From: an uncultured Solirubrobacteraceae bacterium
GTDB lineage: Bacteria > Actinomycetota > Thermoleophilia > Solirubrobacterales > Solirubrobacteraceae
Length of the DNA: 64,000 bases
Direction: 5' to 3'
Assembly (NCBI GenBank): GCA_964588985.1
Contig: CAZPQW010000001.1
Span: 128,001 to 192,000 of the forward strand
The position numbers and the translations under genes are program-made. Below are positions 37,844 to 47,900 of the stretch, in pieces. The stretch's first letter is position 1, and every line of letters begins with the position of its first letter. Under the pieces are notes generated by a model. It was not told where the DNA came from. It made no database searches and worked only from the letters and a program-made list of their open reading frames with translations.

Positions 37844-39790
37844 CTATCGCAGGGTGAACGGCTTCGTGACCACGACGGGCGATCCGCCCGTCGGAGTGAA
37901 GGTACCCCGGCCCGTCAACTTGATCCGGCGACCGTGCTTGAGCAGGCTCTTGCCACGCGCCGTGAGCTTGAGCGCCAGCTTCCACACGCCTTTCGTCGTG
38001 ATGGTGGCCTGGCCGCTCGCCACGAGGATCGGCTTGGCGCTCGCGAGGTGGGCCCCCTTCGGAAGCTCGTACCAGGAGATCGCGACTGGGCCGGCGGCGG
38101 GCGCGTCGAACGTCACCTGATAGCCGCGGTGCTTGCGGACCGAGGCGATACGACCCGCCTTCCCGATGGGCAGCAGCGCGCCCAGCAGCGCCGCCTGGAT
38201 CTGGGCCGGGTTGGGCGCAGCTTCGCCGCCGCCGGAGCCACCTGAGCCGCCGCCCGATCCGCCGCTGCCGCCTGTCCCGCCACCGCCTGTCGATGGCGTC
38301 GTGACCGTCCAGTCGTAAGTGGCGGTGTTGGTGTTGCCGGCGGAGTCGGTGGCCTGGACCTGGAAGCTGTGGGCGCCCGCGCCGAGCGCTGTGTAGGACT
38401 GGCTGGTGGGAGTGGCGCACTGCGTCCAGATGCCTGAGTCCAACTGGCACTGCACGGTTGCGACTGCGTCGTTGACGGAGAAGGCGAAGCTCGCTGATGT
38501 GAGAGCGGTCGGGTTGGGGGGCTCCGATTCGGCGGCGATCGTCGCTTCGACCGGTTCGGGATCGAGTGTGATCACGGACACCGTGCCGGTCAGTTCTGGG
38601 CCTTCGGGCTGCAGCGCGAAGGGGGGGAAGGGGGTCTGGTGCTGCGTCGAGAGGTTGGTCGAGGTGGCGATCACGTGGCTGCCCGTCGGATCGAGGTCGA
38701 GCCCGGTGGTGGAATGAAGGTGCGCCGGGTCGCTGTAGCTCGCGAGCAGTCGCGGGCTGAGCGGGTTGGAGATGTCGATGACGGCGATGCCGGCGGCTTC
38801 GGAGGCGGAGACGAACGCCATGTTTCCTCGCACCCGGATCCGGTAACCGCCTGCGAGCGCGGAGTTCGCGAGGAACCCGACGACCTTCGGTTCTTTTGGG
38901 TTGCTGATGTCGACAGCAGCCAGCGGCCCGTTCGATTTCTGGTTGATGACGTACGCGTAGCTGCCGCTGATCGCCACGTCGACGGGGAACGTGAAGTGCG
39001 TGGTGTCGTGCAGCGAGGTGACGAGCTTCGGTTCGACGGGGTTGGCGATGTCGACCACTGTGAGGCGGTCCTGGTAGGCGGCGGTGAGGTACGCGTAGGT
39101 GCCCGAGATCGCGACAGCGGTGACGTGGCTGAAGGCTTCCGGTTCGGCTTCGCTACGCAGCGTGGCGACTATCTTCGGCGCTTCCGGGCCGGCGATTTCG
39201 ATTACGTCCAGGGCGTTGCCCACGGAGGGGTCCGGGCATGGCTGTTCTTTTCCGAGGGTGAGGCATCCCTGCGAGGCGACGTACGCGTAGTTGCCGGACA
39301 CGGCGATCCCGTAGGCGCCGAACAGGCTGTTGGGGTCGCGCACCGAGCCGACGATCGTGGGTTTGGCCGGGTTGGTGTGGATGTCGAGAATCGTCAGGCT
39401 GTTGCCCGAGCCGTCGTCGTTGCTTCCAGAGACTTTGGCTTCGTTGCGGTTCTTCGAGACGACGAACGCATAGCCGCCGGCGATGTTGACCGTGTCCCCG
39501 TTCTCCAGTTCGTTGCTTGACGCGCTCGACCCCACGAGGAGCGGCGAGGAGGGAAGCGAGATGTCGATCGCGCTGAGCCGGCCAGCGAAGTAGTCGGTCA
39601 CGTACGCGTAGATACCTTCGACCGCTACGGAGTCGACGCCCGGAAGCGTCGCGGAGTCGCTCACCGAGCCGGCGAGCACCGGGTTGACAGCCGCCTGCGC
39701 GGACACGGGCGCGAGCAACACCGCGGCCGCGACCAGAGTCGCCCAGCGCGCCGTGATCCAGACCGTCCCTCGAGTCCCGCGGAGGGTCAC
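37844..39790 (-). CDS. Secreted LVIVD-repeat propeller protein with Ig-like domain, Gly linker and basic C-terminal domain
   Basis: Signal peptide ending VSAQA; repeats V.ISG.YAYV....L..VDISNP..P; GGGGTGGSGGSGGG linker; GTG 39790 is 2 nt after the upstream stop. Confidence 0.8.
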   Translation of the reverse strand: MTLRGTRGTVWITARWATLVAAAVLLAPVSAQAAVNPVLAGSVSDSATLPGVDSVAVEGIYAYVTDYFAGRLSAIDISLPSSPLLVGSSASSNELENGDTVNIAGGYAFVVSKNRNEAKVSGSNDDGSGNSLTILDIHTNPAKPTIVGSVRDPNSLFGAYGIAVSGNYAYVASQGCLTLGKEQPCPDPSVGNALDVIEIAGPEAPKIVATLRSEAEPEAFSHVTAVAISGTYAYLTAAYQDRLTVVDIANPVEPKLVTSLHDTTHFTFPVDVAISGSYAYVINQKSNGPLAAVDISNPKEPKVVGFLANSALAGGYRIRVRGNMAFVSASEAAGIAVIDISNPLSPRLLASYSDPAHLHSTTGLDLDPTGSHVIATSTNLSTQHQTPFPPFALQPEGPELTGTVSVITLDPEPVEATIAAESEPPNPTALTSASFAFSVNDAVATVQCQLDSGIWTQCATPTSQSYTALGAGAHSFQVQATDSAGNTNTATYDWTVTTPSTGGGGTGGSGGSGGGSGGSGGGEAAPNPAQIQAALLGALLPIGKAGRIASVRKHRGYQVTFDAPAAGPVAISWYELPKGAHLASAKPILVASGQATITTKGVWKLALKLTARGKSLLKHGRRIKLTGRGTFTPTGGSPVVVTKPFTLR

Positions 39791-39792
39791 AG

Positions 39793-42700
39793 CTACCGCT
39801 CCAGGTACTCCTGCAGCCGCTCGGCGACGAAGCCGACGGCCGGCTCCTGCATCACCTGACGGTTGTTGTCGTGCTCGCCGGGCACTGCGTAGCTGATGAC
39901 CGTGCCGAGCGACTCCCAGCCGAGCGTCGGGTCTTCGTAGAGCTCCTGCCCGTAGAAGACGAGCAGCTCCCCGGGGTAGGGGGTGGGGACGTAGCTTTTC
40001 TCCGCGTCGCTGTGCAGGTTGAAGAAGAACTCCTCGCGGTCGCGCTCGGGCACCGGGCGGCCGAGTGAGAGCAGCAGCCGCGTACGCGGTGTGCGCGTGT
40101 ACCGGTAGAAGCCGCTCACCAGTTTGTGAGGTTCGACGATCGCCCGCGGGAGGCGCGCGATCAGCTTGAACGGCGCCAACAGCCTCCGCTTGCGTCGGCG
40201 GGCGCGACGGACGTGCGGCGGGGGCATCGGCTCGCGCGAGCGCTTCGCGCGCCAGCTGGGCTGGTTGGCGTAGTAGCCCCACTGTTTGACCCACAGGGGG
40301 CTCGGACCGTTGAACATCGCCACGAGCTGCACGTCCTCGCCGGCAGCCAGGAGCTGCTGTGCGATCTCGAATGCGACGATCGTGCCGAAGCAGTAGCCGG
40401 CGATCAGCCACGGGCCGCCCGGATGCACCTGGCGCATCTCGGTGATGTAGTGCGACGCCATCTCCTCCACTGTCCGCAGCGGCGAGCTGCCGCCGTACAG
40501 CCCGCTCGACTGCAGGCCGTAGAACGGCTGCTCCGTTCCGAGCCGGCGAGCGAGCCGATGCAGGTGCAGGATGGTGCCCGCTCCGCCGTGGATGCAGAAG
40601 ATCGGCGGGCGTGAGCCGAGCGGCTGGATCGGCACGAGCGAGGTCCAGCGCGAGGAGTCCGCGCCGGCCTCGATCAGCTTGGCGAGCGCCTCGATCGTGG
40701 GAGCCCTGAATATCGCCCCCAGGGGCAGGCTGTCGCCGAGGTCGCGCTCGATCGCGGCGAACAGCGTCGCCGCCACGATCGACGAGACGCCGAGGTCGAA
40801 GAAGTTGTCGGTGACGCCGATCGGGTGGATGTCGAGCTCGCGTTCCCAGGTCGAGACCAGTCGGCGCTCCAGGTCGGTGCGAGGGGCGATCAGCTCGTGT
40901 CCGCTGGAGCGTTCGCGGACCGGCTCCGGCAGCGCCTTGCGGTCGACCTTGCCGTTGGGCGTCAGGGGGAACGCCTCGAGCGTGGTCACGGTCGAGGGGA
41001 CCATGTACGCGGGCAGCGTCTCGCCCAGGTACCCGCGCAGCTCGTGGGCCGGCAGCGCCTCTCCCCGCGCGGTTACGTATGCGGCGAGCTCCGCCTCGGC
41101 GTCGCTGCCTCGGGCTACGACGACGGCTTCGACGATGCCAGGGTGGCGCGCGAGCACGGTCTCGATCTCGCCGAGCTCGATGCGAAAGCCGCGCACCTTG
41201 ACCTGGTGGTCGATCCTGCCGAGGAACTCGACGTCCCCGTCCTCTCGGTAGCGGGCGAGGTCCCCCGTCCTGTAGATACGCGCTCCGGGCGTGTCGTCGA
41301 ACGGGTGCGCGACGAATCGTTCGGCGGTCATCTCGGCCTGCCCGCGGTAGCCGCGGGCGAGTCCGTCGCCGCCGATCCACAGCTCGCCGGCGACCCCGAC
41401 CGGCACGGGTTGCATCGCCGCGTCGAGGATGTACAGGGTGGTGTTCGCGATCGGGCGCCCGATCGTCAACGGCTGGCCCTGTGTCGTCACGCGGTCGCAG
41501 GTCGACCAGATGGTCGTCTCGGTCGGCCCGTACATGTTCCACAGCTCGAGGCCCGCGTCGACGAGGCGGTCGGCGAGCGCGACCGGCAGCGCCTCGCCGC
41601 CGCACAGGGCCTTCAATCCCGGCCTGCCGACGAGGCCGCTGTCGACGAGCATCCGCCACGTCGTCGGCGTCGCCTGCATGACGGTCGCCTGTGAGCGGTC
41701 GAGCAGCTCCGCGAGCGCCCGCGGGTCCTCCGCGGTCTCGCTCGGGGCGATCACCACCCGCGCCCCCGTCGTCAGCGGCAGGTACAGCTCGAGGCCCGCG
41801 ATGTCGAAGGAGAGCGTCGTCACGGCCACGAGCACGTCCTCGGCGGTCAGCCCCGGCCGCTCCCTCATCGTGGTGAGGAAGTTCACCAGCGCGCGGTGGG
41901 GGATCTGCACGCCCTTCGGGTTGCCCGTCGAGCCGGACGTGTAGATGACGTAGGCCAGCTGCTCTGGGTCGCCGGCGACATCAGGGGGGGTGCTCGGCCG
42001 TTGGGCGATCGCGCTCCAGTCGGTGTCCAGACAGACGACGTGAGCGTTGCCCACGGGCAGGGAGTCGCGCAGCTCCTCCTGCGTGACGATCACCGGCGCT
42101 TCGGAGTTGGTGAGCATGTACGTCTGGCGCTCGGCCGGGTAGGCGGGGTCGATCGGGACGTAGGCGCCGCCCGCCTTGAGGATCCCGAGAAGCCCGACGA
42201 CCATCGCGGTCGAGCGCCTCGTGCAGATGCCGACGAGCACGTCCGGGCCGACGCCGAGGTCGAGGAGGTGGTGGGCGAGCTGGTTGGCGCTCGCATCGAG
42301 CTCCGCGTACGTGAGCCGCTCCTCGCGGCACTCGACGGCCACCGCGTCCGGTGTCGCGGCCGCCTGTTGCGCGATCAGCTCGTGCAGGCACGCAACGGGG
42401 TAGGGGGCGGCGGTGTCGTTGAGCTCGATCAGCAGCCTGGCGCGCTCCTGCTCATCGAGCAGTGGCAGTGCGCCGACGGCGATGCCAGGATCGGCAAGCG
42501 CCGCCGCGAGCAGGGTGCGCAGATGCCCGACGAACCTCCCGTTCACGCCCGCGGCCTCGCCGCGGAGCTCGAGCTCATCGCCGCCGGGGCTGGCATACAG
42601 GCAGGGCTCCGGCAGCGGGCTGTCAGCGGGGCCTCTGCCGACGGCGACCACGGCGTCCGTGGGGCCGTGGCCGTTCTCGCCCTCGACCCCGCCTTCGAGC

Positions 42701-42915
42701 GCCTCGCGCACCTGCTCCAGGAGCTCGGAGAATGCGAGCTCTCCGTCGAGGCGGACCGGGAGCGCGCGCGGCTGGGCCGCCCCGCCGGGGGCGTACCCGA
42801 CGAGGACCTCGGAGCGGTCGCTGTAGCGGTGGAGCAGCGCCGCCACGCCCGCGATCAGTTGGCAGCCGAACTCGTCCTCCCGCTCGGCGGGTTGCGTGAT
42901 CTGTTCCGTGGAAAT
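39793..42915 (-). CDS. Single-module NRPS: C remnant-A(Gly)-T-TE(Cys)
   Basis: LLHRYS...LPVRLDG C-remnant; code DILQLGMIWK; FFDLGVSS; GYCFG; start uncertain (ATT 42915 or ATG 43032). Confidence 0.88.
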   Translation of the reverse strand: MSTEQITQPAEREDEFGCQLIAGVAALLHRYSDRSEVLVGYAPGGAAQPRALPVRLDGELAFSELLEQVREALEGGVEGENGHGPTDAVVAVGRGPADSPLPEPCLYASPGGDELELRGEAAGVNGRFVGHLRTLLAAALADPGIAVGALPLLDEQERARLLIELNDTAAPYPVACLHELIAQQAAATPDAVAVECREERLTYAELDASANQLAHHLLDLGVGPDVLVGICTRRSTAMVVGLLGILKAGGAYVPIDPAYPAERQTYMLTNSEAPVIVTQEELRDSLPVGNAHVVCLDTDWSAIAQRPSTPPDVAGDPEQLAYVIYTSGSTGNPKGVQIPHRALVNFLTTMRERPGLTAEDVLVAVTTLSFDIAGLELYLPLTTGARVVIAPSETAEDPRALAELLDRSQATVMQATPTTWRMLVDSGLVGRPGLKALCGGEALPVALADRLVDAGLELWNMYGPTETTIWSTCDRVTTQGQPLTIGRPIANTTLYILDAAMQPVPVGVAGELWIGGDGLARGYRGQAEMTAERFVAHPFDDTPGARIYRTGDLARYREDGDVEFLGRIDHQVKVRGFRIELGEIETVLARHPGIVEAVVVARGSDAEAELAAYVTARGEALPAHELRGYLGETLPAYMVPSTVTTLEAFPLTPNGKVDRKALPEPVRERSSGHELIAPRTDLERRLVSTWERELDIHPIGVTDNFFDLGVSSIVAATLFAAIERDLGDSLPLGAIFRAPTIEALAKLIEAGADSSRWTSLVPIQPLGSRPPIFCIHGGAGTILHLHRLARRLGTEQPFYGLQSSGLYGGSSPLRTVEEMASHYITEMRQVHPGGPWLIAGYCFGTIVAFEIAQQLLAAGEDVQLVAMFNGPSPLWVKQWGYYANQPSWRAKRSREPMPPPHVRRARRRKRRLLAPFKLIARLPRAIVEPHKLVSGFYRYTRTPRTRLLLSLGRPVPERDREEFFFNLHSDAEKSYVPTPYPGELLVFYGQELYEDPTLGWESLGTVISYAVPGEHDNNRQVMQEPAVGFVAERLQEYLER

Positions 42916-43062
42916 TGCCCTTCGCCTCCGTGCCCGAAGATGATCCGATGCGGTGCGATGCCCCGGTACCCCATCCGTCCGCGCATCCTGCGCGATCCGT
43001 CCCAATCCTGGCCAAATGGTACCGGATGTCATTACTATTCGTGCGTGGTGTTGGCCGTCGAC

Positions 43063-43839
43063 ATGGGGGAAACCGTCGTGGGAGCACCGGACGAGCCTTG
43101 CGTGCCCACGACCCTGCCCGCGAACGAGGTCCACGTGTGGCGGGACTCGCTGTCGCGGCCGCCCGCGGAGGTCGCCCGGCTGCGGACCCTGTTGGCGCCG
43201 GATGAGCGCCGCCGCGCCGACCGTTACAGGTTCGAGCGCCACCGCTCGCGCTACGTCGTCGGCCGCGCGACGCTGCGTTTGCTGCTCGCGCGCTACCTCG
43301 ATGTCGGGCCCGGCGAGATGGAGATCGGCTATGGCGAGTTCGACAAGCCCTACCTGGCGGGCGGACCCAGCTTCAACCTCTCCCACTCGGGGACCGTCGT
43401 CCTCTACGCCTTCGCGGCCGCCGGCGAGCTCGGGATCGACGTCGAGCTCGACGACGCCGGCTTCTCGAGCGAACGCATCGCCGAGCGATTCTTCTCCCCG
43501 TCGGAGGTGAGCGTGCTGCGAGCCCTGCCGGCAGACGCTCAGCCGCGGGCCTTCCTCGCGTGCTGGACGCGCAAGGAGGCATTCATCAAGGCGCGCGGAG
43601 ACGGGTTGAGCTTGGCACTTGACAGTTTCGATGTCACACTTTCGCCTGACGCCCCCGCCGCGCTGGTGCGCACCGCGTGGTGCAGCGAGGAGCCGGGGCA
43701 CTGGAGCATGGAGGACTTGAGTGACAGTCGGGCCGGATACGTAGCGGCAGTGGCGATGCGCGGCAACGGATGGCACGTGGTCGAACGACAGATAGAAGAC
43801 ACGATCGAGGGCGGCATGCCCGGACAGGAGCAAGGATGA
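43063..43839 (+). CDS. Sfp-type 4'-phosphopantetheinyl transferase
   Basis: DERRRADRYRF, KP, FNLSHSG, LGIDVE, WTRKEAFIKARGDGL. Confidence 0.93.
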   Translation: MGETVVGAPDEPCVPTTLPANEVHVWRDSLSRPPAEVARLRTLLAPDERRRADRYRFERHRSRYVVGRATLRLLLARYLDVGPGEMEIGYGEFDKPYLAGGPSFNLSHSGTVVLYAFAAAGELGIDVELDDAGFSSERIAERFFSPSEVSVLRALPADAQPRAFLACWTRKEAFIKARGDGLSLALDSFDVTLSPDAPAALVRTAWCSEEPGHWSMEDLSDSRAGYVAAVAMRGNGWHVVERQIEDTIEGGMPGQEQG

Positions 43840-44891
43840 GCGCAGAACAGGAGCCGTCGGGTGCAATGGGGGGCCTGAGGGGCATGCGACGCAAGGCGGT
43901 GGAGACGACGGAGCTGGTGCAGACCGGCTTTCTGCCGGGCAACGAGGGGCGCCTGCCGTTGGTGATCACACCGGCGGTCGACAATGTCGATCTCGCTGCT
44001 TGGTGTGCGAGTCACCTGGAGGACGTCGAAGGTCATCTGGACCGTCACGGGGCGATTCTGTTCCGCGGCTTCCCGCTCGCGGGCGCCGAGGACTTCGAGG
44101 CCGTCGCGTCGACGATCGCCGGCGATCTGTTCGCCGAGTACGGCGACCTGCCGCCCGAGGAAGCAGGCCAGAAGATCTACCACTCCACGCCCTACCCGCC
44201 GGACAAGATGATCCTGTTTCACAACGAGAGCTCGCACTTCTCCAGCTGGCCCCTGCGGCAGTTCTTCTTCTGCGTGGTCCCGTCTCGGGAGCAGGGTGAG
44301 ACGCCGCTGCTGGACTGCCGGGAGGTCTACGAGAAGCTCGACAGGGAGATCGTCGAGGCGTTCGAGAGCAAGGGCCTCGTGTACGTGCGTAACTTCTCCG
44401 AGGGCGTCGACGTGCCGTGGCAGGACTTCTTCCACACCGACGACAAGGCAGCCGTCGAAGACACCTGCGCCAAAGCCGGGATGACGTGCGAGTGGACAGA
44501 GCTGGGCCTGCGCGTCAAGCAGCTCGCGAAGGGCGTGCGGACGCACCCTCGCACGGGCGAGAAGCTGTTCTTCAACCAGGTGCAGCTGCACCACATCGCG
44601 TGTCTGGACGAGGAGACGCGGACGGCGCTGCGCCAGCTGTTCGACGACGAGGACCTTCCCCGCAACGTGTACTACGGCGACGGGACGCCGATTCCGGACG
44701 AGGTGATGGACCGGATCGGCGAGGTCTACGAGGAGCTGTGCGTGGAGGCTCCCTGGGAGGCGGGCGATCTGATCGCGCTGGACAACATGATCGTCGCGCA
44801 CGCTCGTCGCCCGTTCGTGGGCGAGCGCAAGATCATCGTCGCGATGGGCAAGATGCAGCACGCCGAGGATGTCGCACCTGCGGCGGCGTAG
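43836..44891 (+). CDS. TauD/SyrP-like Fe(II)/2-oxoglutarate dioxygenase, probable aspartyl-carrier beta-hydroxylase
   Basis: HGAILFRGF, STPYP, FHNESSH (HxE), GETPLLDCR, FFNQVQL, DNMIVAHAR; ATG in ATGA overlap. Confidence 0.9.
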   Translation: MSAEQEPSGAMGGLRGMRRKAVETTELVQTGFLPGNEGRLPLVITPAVDNVDLAAWCASHLEDVEGHLDRHGAILFRGFPLAGAEDFEAVASTIAGDLFAEYGDLPPEEAGQKIYHSTPYPPDKMILFHNESSHFSSWPLRQFFFCVVPSREQGETPLLDCREVYEKLDREIVEAFESKGLVYVRNFSEGVDVPWQDFFHTDDKAAVEDTCAKAGMTCEWTELGLRVKQLAKGVRTHPRTGEKLFFNQVQLHHIACLDEETRTALRQLFDDEDLPRNVYYGDGTPIPDEVMDRIGEVYEELCVEAPWEAGDLIALDNMIVAHARRPFVGERKIIVAMGKMQHAEDVAPAAA

Positions 44892-44939
44892 GCAGGACGT
44901 GCACCGGTCGCGCGGGTCCTGCCTGACCTGCGCGACCGG
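44890..44939. terminator. Long hairpin between convergent genes
   Basis: CCGGTCGCGCGGGTC-N6-GACCTGCGCGACCGG (44904-44939, one G-U pair). Confidence 0.6.
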
Positions 44940-44960
44940 CCGGAGCGCCGGGGGCGGCGG

Positions 44961-47900
44961 TTACGGAAGCGTTCCGCCGCCGAAGTTCGTCAGCCTGACC
45001 GCGCCATCCCGGGCGGTGAGGTTGAGGTAGCCGGCGCCCTGGTAGGTGCTGTCGGTCGCCGACAGGATCCGTGTCCAGGCGCCGGCGTCGAATCGCCACA
45101 GCTCCAGTTTCGTGCCGATCGCCCGGAGCAGCAGCTGATCGCCTGGGTTGAGCGTGGGGCCGTTGACGCTCGCGAGCGTGATGCTCGTGGTCCCGTTGAC
45201 GCGGCAGATGATCTTGTACTGATCCGCCTGGCTGGAGCGATAGATGTAGTACGCCTGGTAGCCGCTCGCGTTGGCCGCGCCGGGGTTCTGGAAGCGAAGC
45301 CCGAGCACGACCGGGTCCTGATCGAGGTTCGGCTTGACGGCCACGGTGATCCACACCTCGCTGTTGGGGCCGTACGTCTGGGGGTTCCAGAAGTCGGCGT
45401 TGCTGCCTGAGCGTCCTGTGATCTGCTGTTTTGTGACGAACAGATCGTTGGTGGAGCTGGTGCTCGAGACGAGCATGTGCGTCCAGTTGGGGCCCGGCGG
45501 TCCGGTGTTGTCCGCGCGCGCGAAGTTGTCCAGCAGCGGCGTCTGCGGTCCCGCCGCCGAGGCCACGACGCCGCTGGCGGTCGAGCTGGCCGCTGTGGAG
45601 CCGGCGACGTTGCTCGCGGTCACCGTCACGATCAGCGTGGAGCCGACGTCAGCGGAGAGCGCGGTGTAGCTCGACGCGGTCGCGCCCGCAATGGCGGCGC
45701 AGCTCTGCCCGAGGCTGTTGCACCGTTCCCACTGGTATGCGAGCGAGGGCGCCGGATAGCCCGACCAGGAGCCACCCGAAGCCGTCAGCGTGGCTCCCTC
45801 CGTGGCGCTGCCCGAGATCGACGGCGGCGAGACGCTCACGGGCGGTCCGGTGACGACGGCGCTCACGGCCGAGCTGGCCTGTGCGGAGCCGACGCCGTTG
45901 GACGCCTGCACGATCGCCGCGACCGTGGAGCCGACGTCCGCCGCTTCGAGTGTGTAGGTGGAGGCGTTCGCGGCGGCGATGGGGTTGCAGTTGGCGCCGT
46001 TCTGGTCGCAGCGCTGCCACTGGTAGGCAAACGTCGGCGCTGGGTAGCCCGACCAGGAGCCGGGGGATGCCGACAGCGTCTGCCCCTGTGTGGCCGACCC
46101 CGAGAGCATCGGGGGGGAGGTGATCGCGGGGGGCCCGGTGACGATCGCGCTCGGGCTCGACGTTGCTTGCGCGGAGCCGGCGCTGTTGGACGCTTCCGCG
46201 ACCACCACGATGGTCGAGCCCGCGTCTGCGGCTTCGAGTGTGTAGGTGGAGGCGTTCGCGGCGGCGATGGGGTTGCAGTTGGCGCCGTTCTGGTCGCAGC
46301 GCTGCCACTGGTAGGCAAACGTCGGCGCTGGGTAGCCCGACCAGGAGCCGGGGGATGCCGACAGCGTCTGCCCCTGTGTGGCCGACCCCGAGATCGTCGG
46401 TGGGGAGGTGCTTTCCGGTTTGGCGGTCACGACGGCCGTCTGGCTGGATTCGGCGAAGGCCGAGCCCGCGCTCGTGGTGGCGGTCACCTGCACCCTGAGG
46501 GTGAGCCCCATGTCGGCGGCTTCGGGTGTGTAGCCGGCTGAGGTCGCGCCGGTGATGGGCCAGCAGCTCATGCCGTTGACGTCGCAGCGCAGCCACTGGT
46601 ACGTGAACGTCGTCGGAGAACCCGTCCAGGAGCCGGTGGAGGCGCTCAGGGCCTGTCCGACGGTCGCCGATCCGGAGATTTCGGGGAGTGACGTGTTGGC
46701 CGGTGCGACGACGGTCCAGCTGTAGCTGGCGGTGACGGCTTTTCCGGCAGCGTCCGCAGCCTGCACGACGAACTTGTGGGAGCCCGCCCCGAGTGTGCTG
46801 TACGCCTGGCTCGTTGGGGTCGTGCACGGTAGCCAGGAGCCGCTGTCGAGCTGGCACTGCACCGTCGAGATCGCGTCGTTAACAGAGAAGCTGAAGTTCG
46901 CGGAGGTTTGCGCGGTCGGGTTGGCCGGTCGCGAGGCCGCCGTGATGCTCACCGCGATCGATGACGGATCGAGGGTGATGGCTGTGACCGTCCCGGTCAA
47001 CGTGGGCCCGCCCGTCTGCAACGCGTACGGCGGATAGAGCGGCTGGCTCTGAGTGGAGAGGTATGGAGAGCTCGCCACCACATAGCGTCCCGTCGGGTCC
47101 ACGTCCAGCCCGGTCGTCCTGTGCATATGGGTGTCGTTGGCGACTGTGGCTGCGATCCGCGGGCTCAGCGGATTGGAGATGTCGACCGCCGCCACGGTCG
47201 CCACCCCTGACGCCGACACATACGCAAAGGCCCCGTGCACCCGCACCCGATATGCCCCGTTCAACGTCGAGCTGGCCACTGACGTCACCACCTGGGGATT
47301 GGCCGGATTGCTCACATCCACCACCGTCAGGCGCCCGGGTGAGATCTGATCGGTGACGTACGCGTACTGGCCGCTCACCGCCACGTCCACCGGGAAGTTC
47401 AGGTTCGTGGTGTCCTTGAGCGACGCGACGATCGTCGGGTTGAGCGGGTTGGAGATGTCCAGCACGGTCAGGCGATCCTGGCTGGCCGCGGTGACGTAGG
47501 CGTAGTTACCGGAGATCGCGACCGACGTCGCGTGCCCAAACGCGCCTGACCCGGTCCACGGCGCCGGAAGCGCGTTGTTGTGCAGCGCCGCGACGATCGA
47601 CGGCGACGCCGGATTGCTGATGTCGATCACCGCGAACGCGTTGCCCACCGAGGAGTTCGGACACGGCTGACCGCTCAAGCAGCCCTGTGCGGCGACGAAC
47701 GCGTAGTGACCCGAGACCGCCACGCCGTAAGCGCCGAACAGACTGTTGGCATCTCTCACCGAGCCGACGATGGCGGGAGACGCGGGATTGGTCGCGATAT
47801 CGAGGATCGTGAGGCTGTTCCCCGTCCCATCGTCATTGCTGCCCGATCCACTCGGACCATTGCGGTTCTTCGAAGCTACATAGGCATAGCCGCCGACGAT

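Noticed and set aside
39791-43866. 5' extensions of ORFs 37844-41659, 39793-43866 and 41896-43839
   Set aside because: The extensions overlap neighbouring real genes; better starts were found downstream
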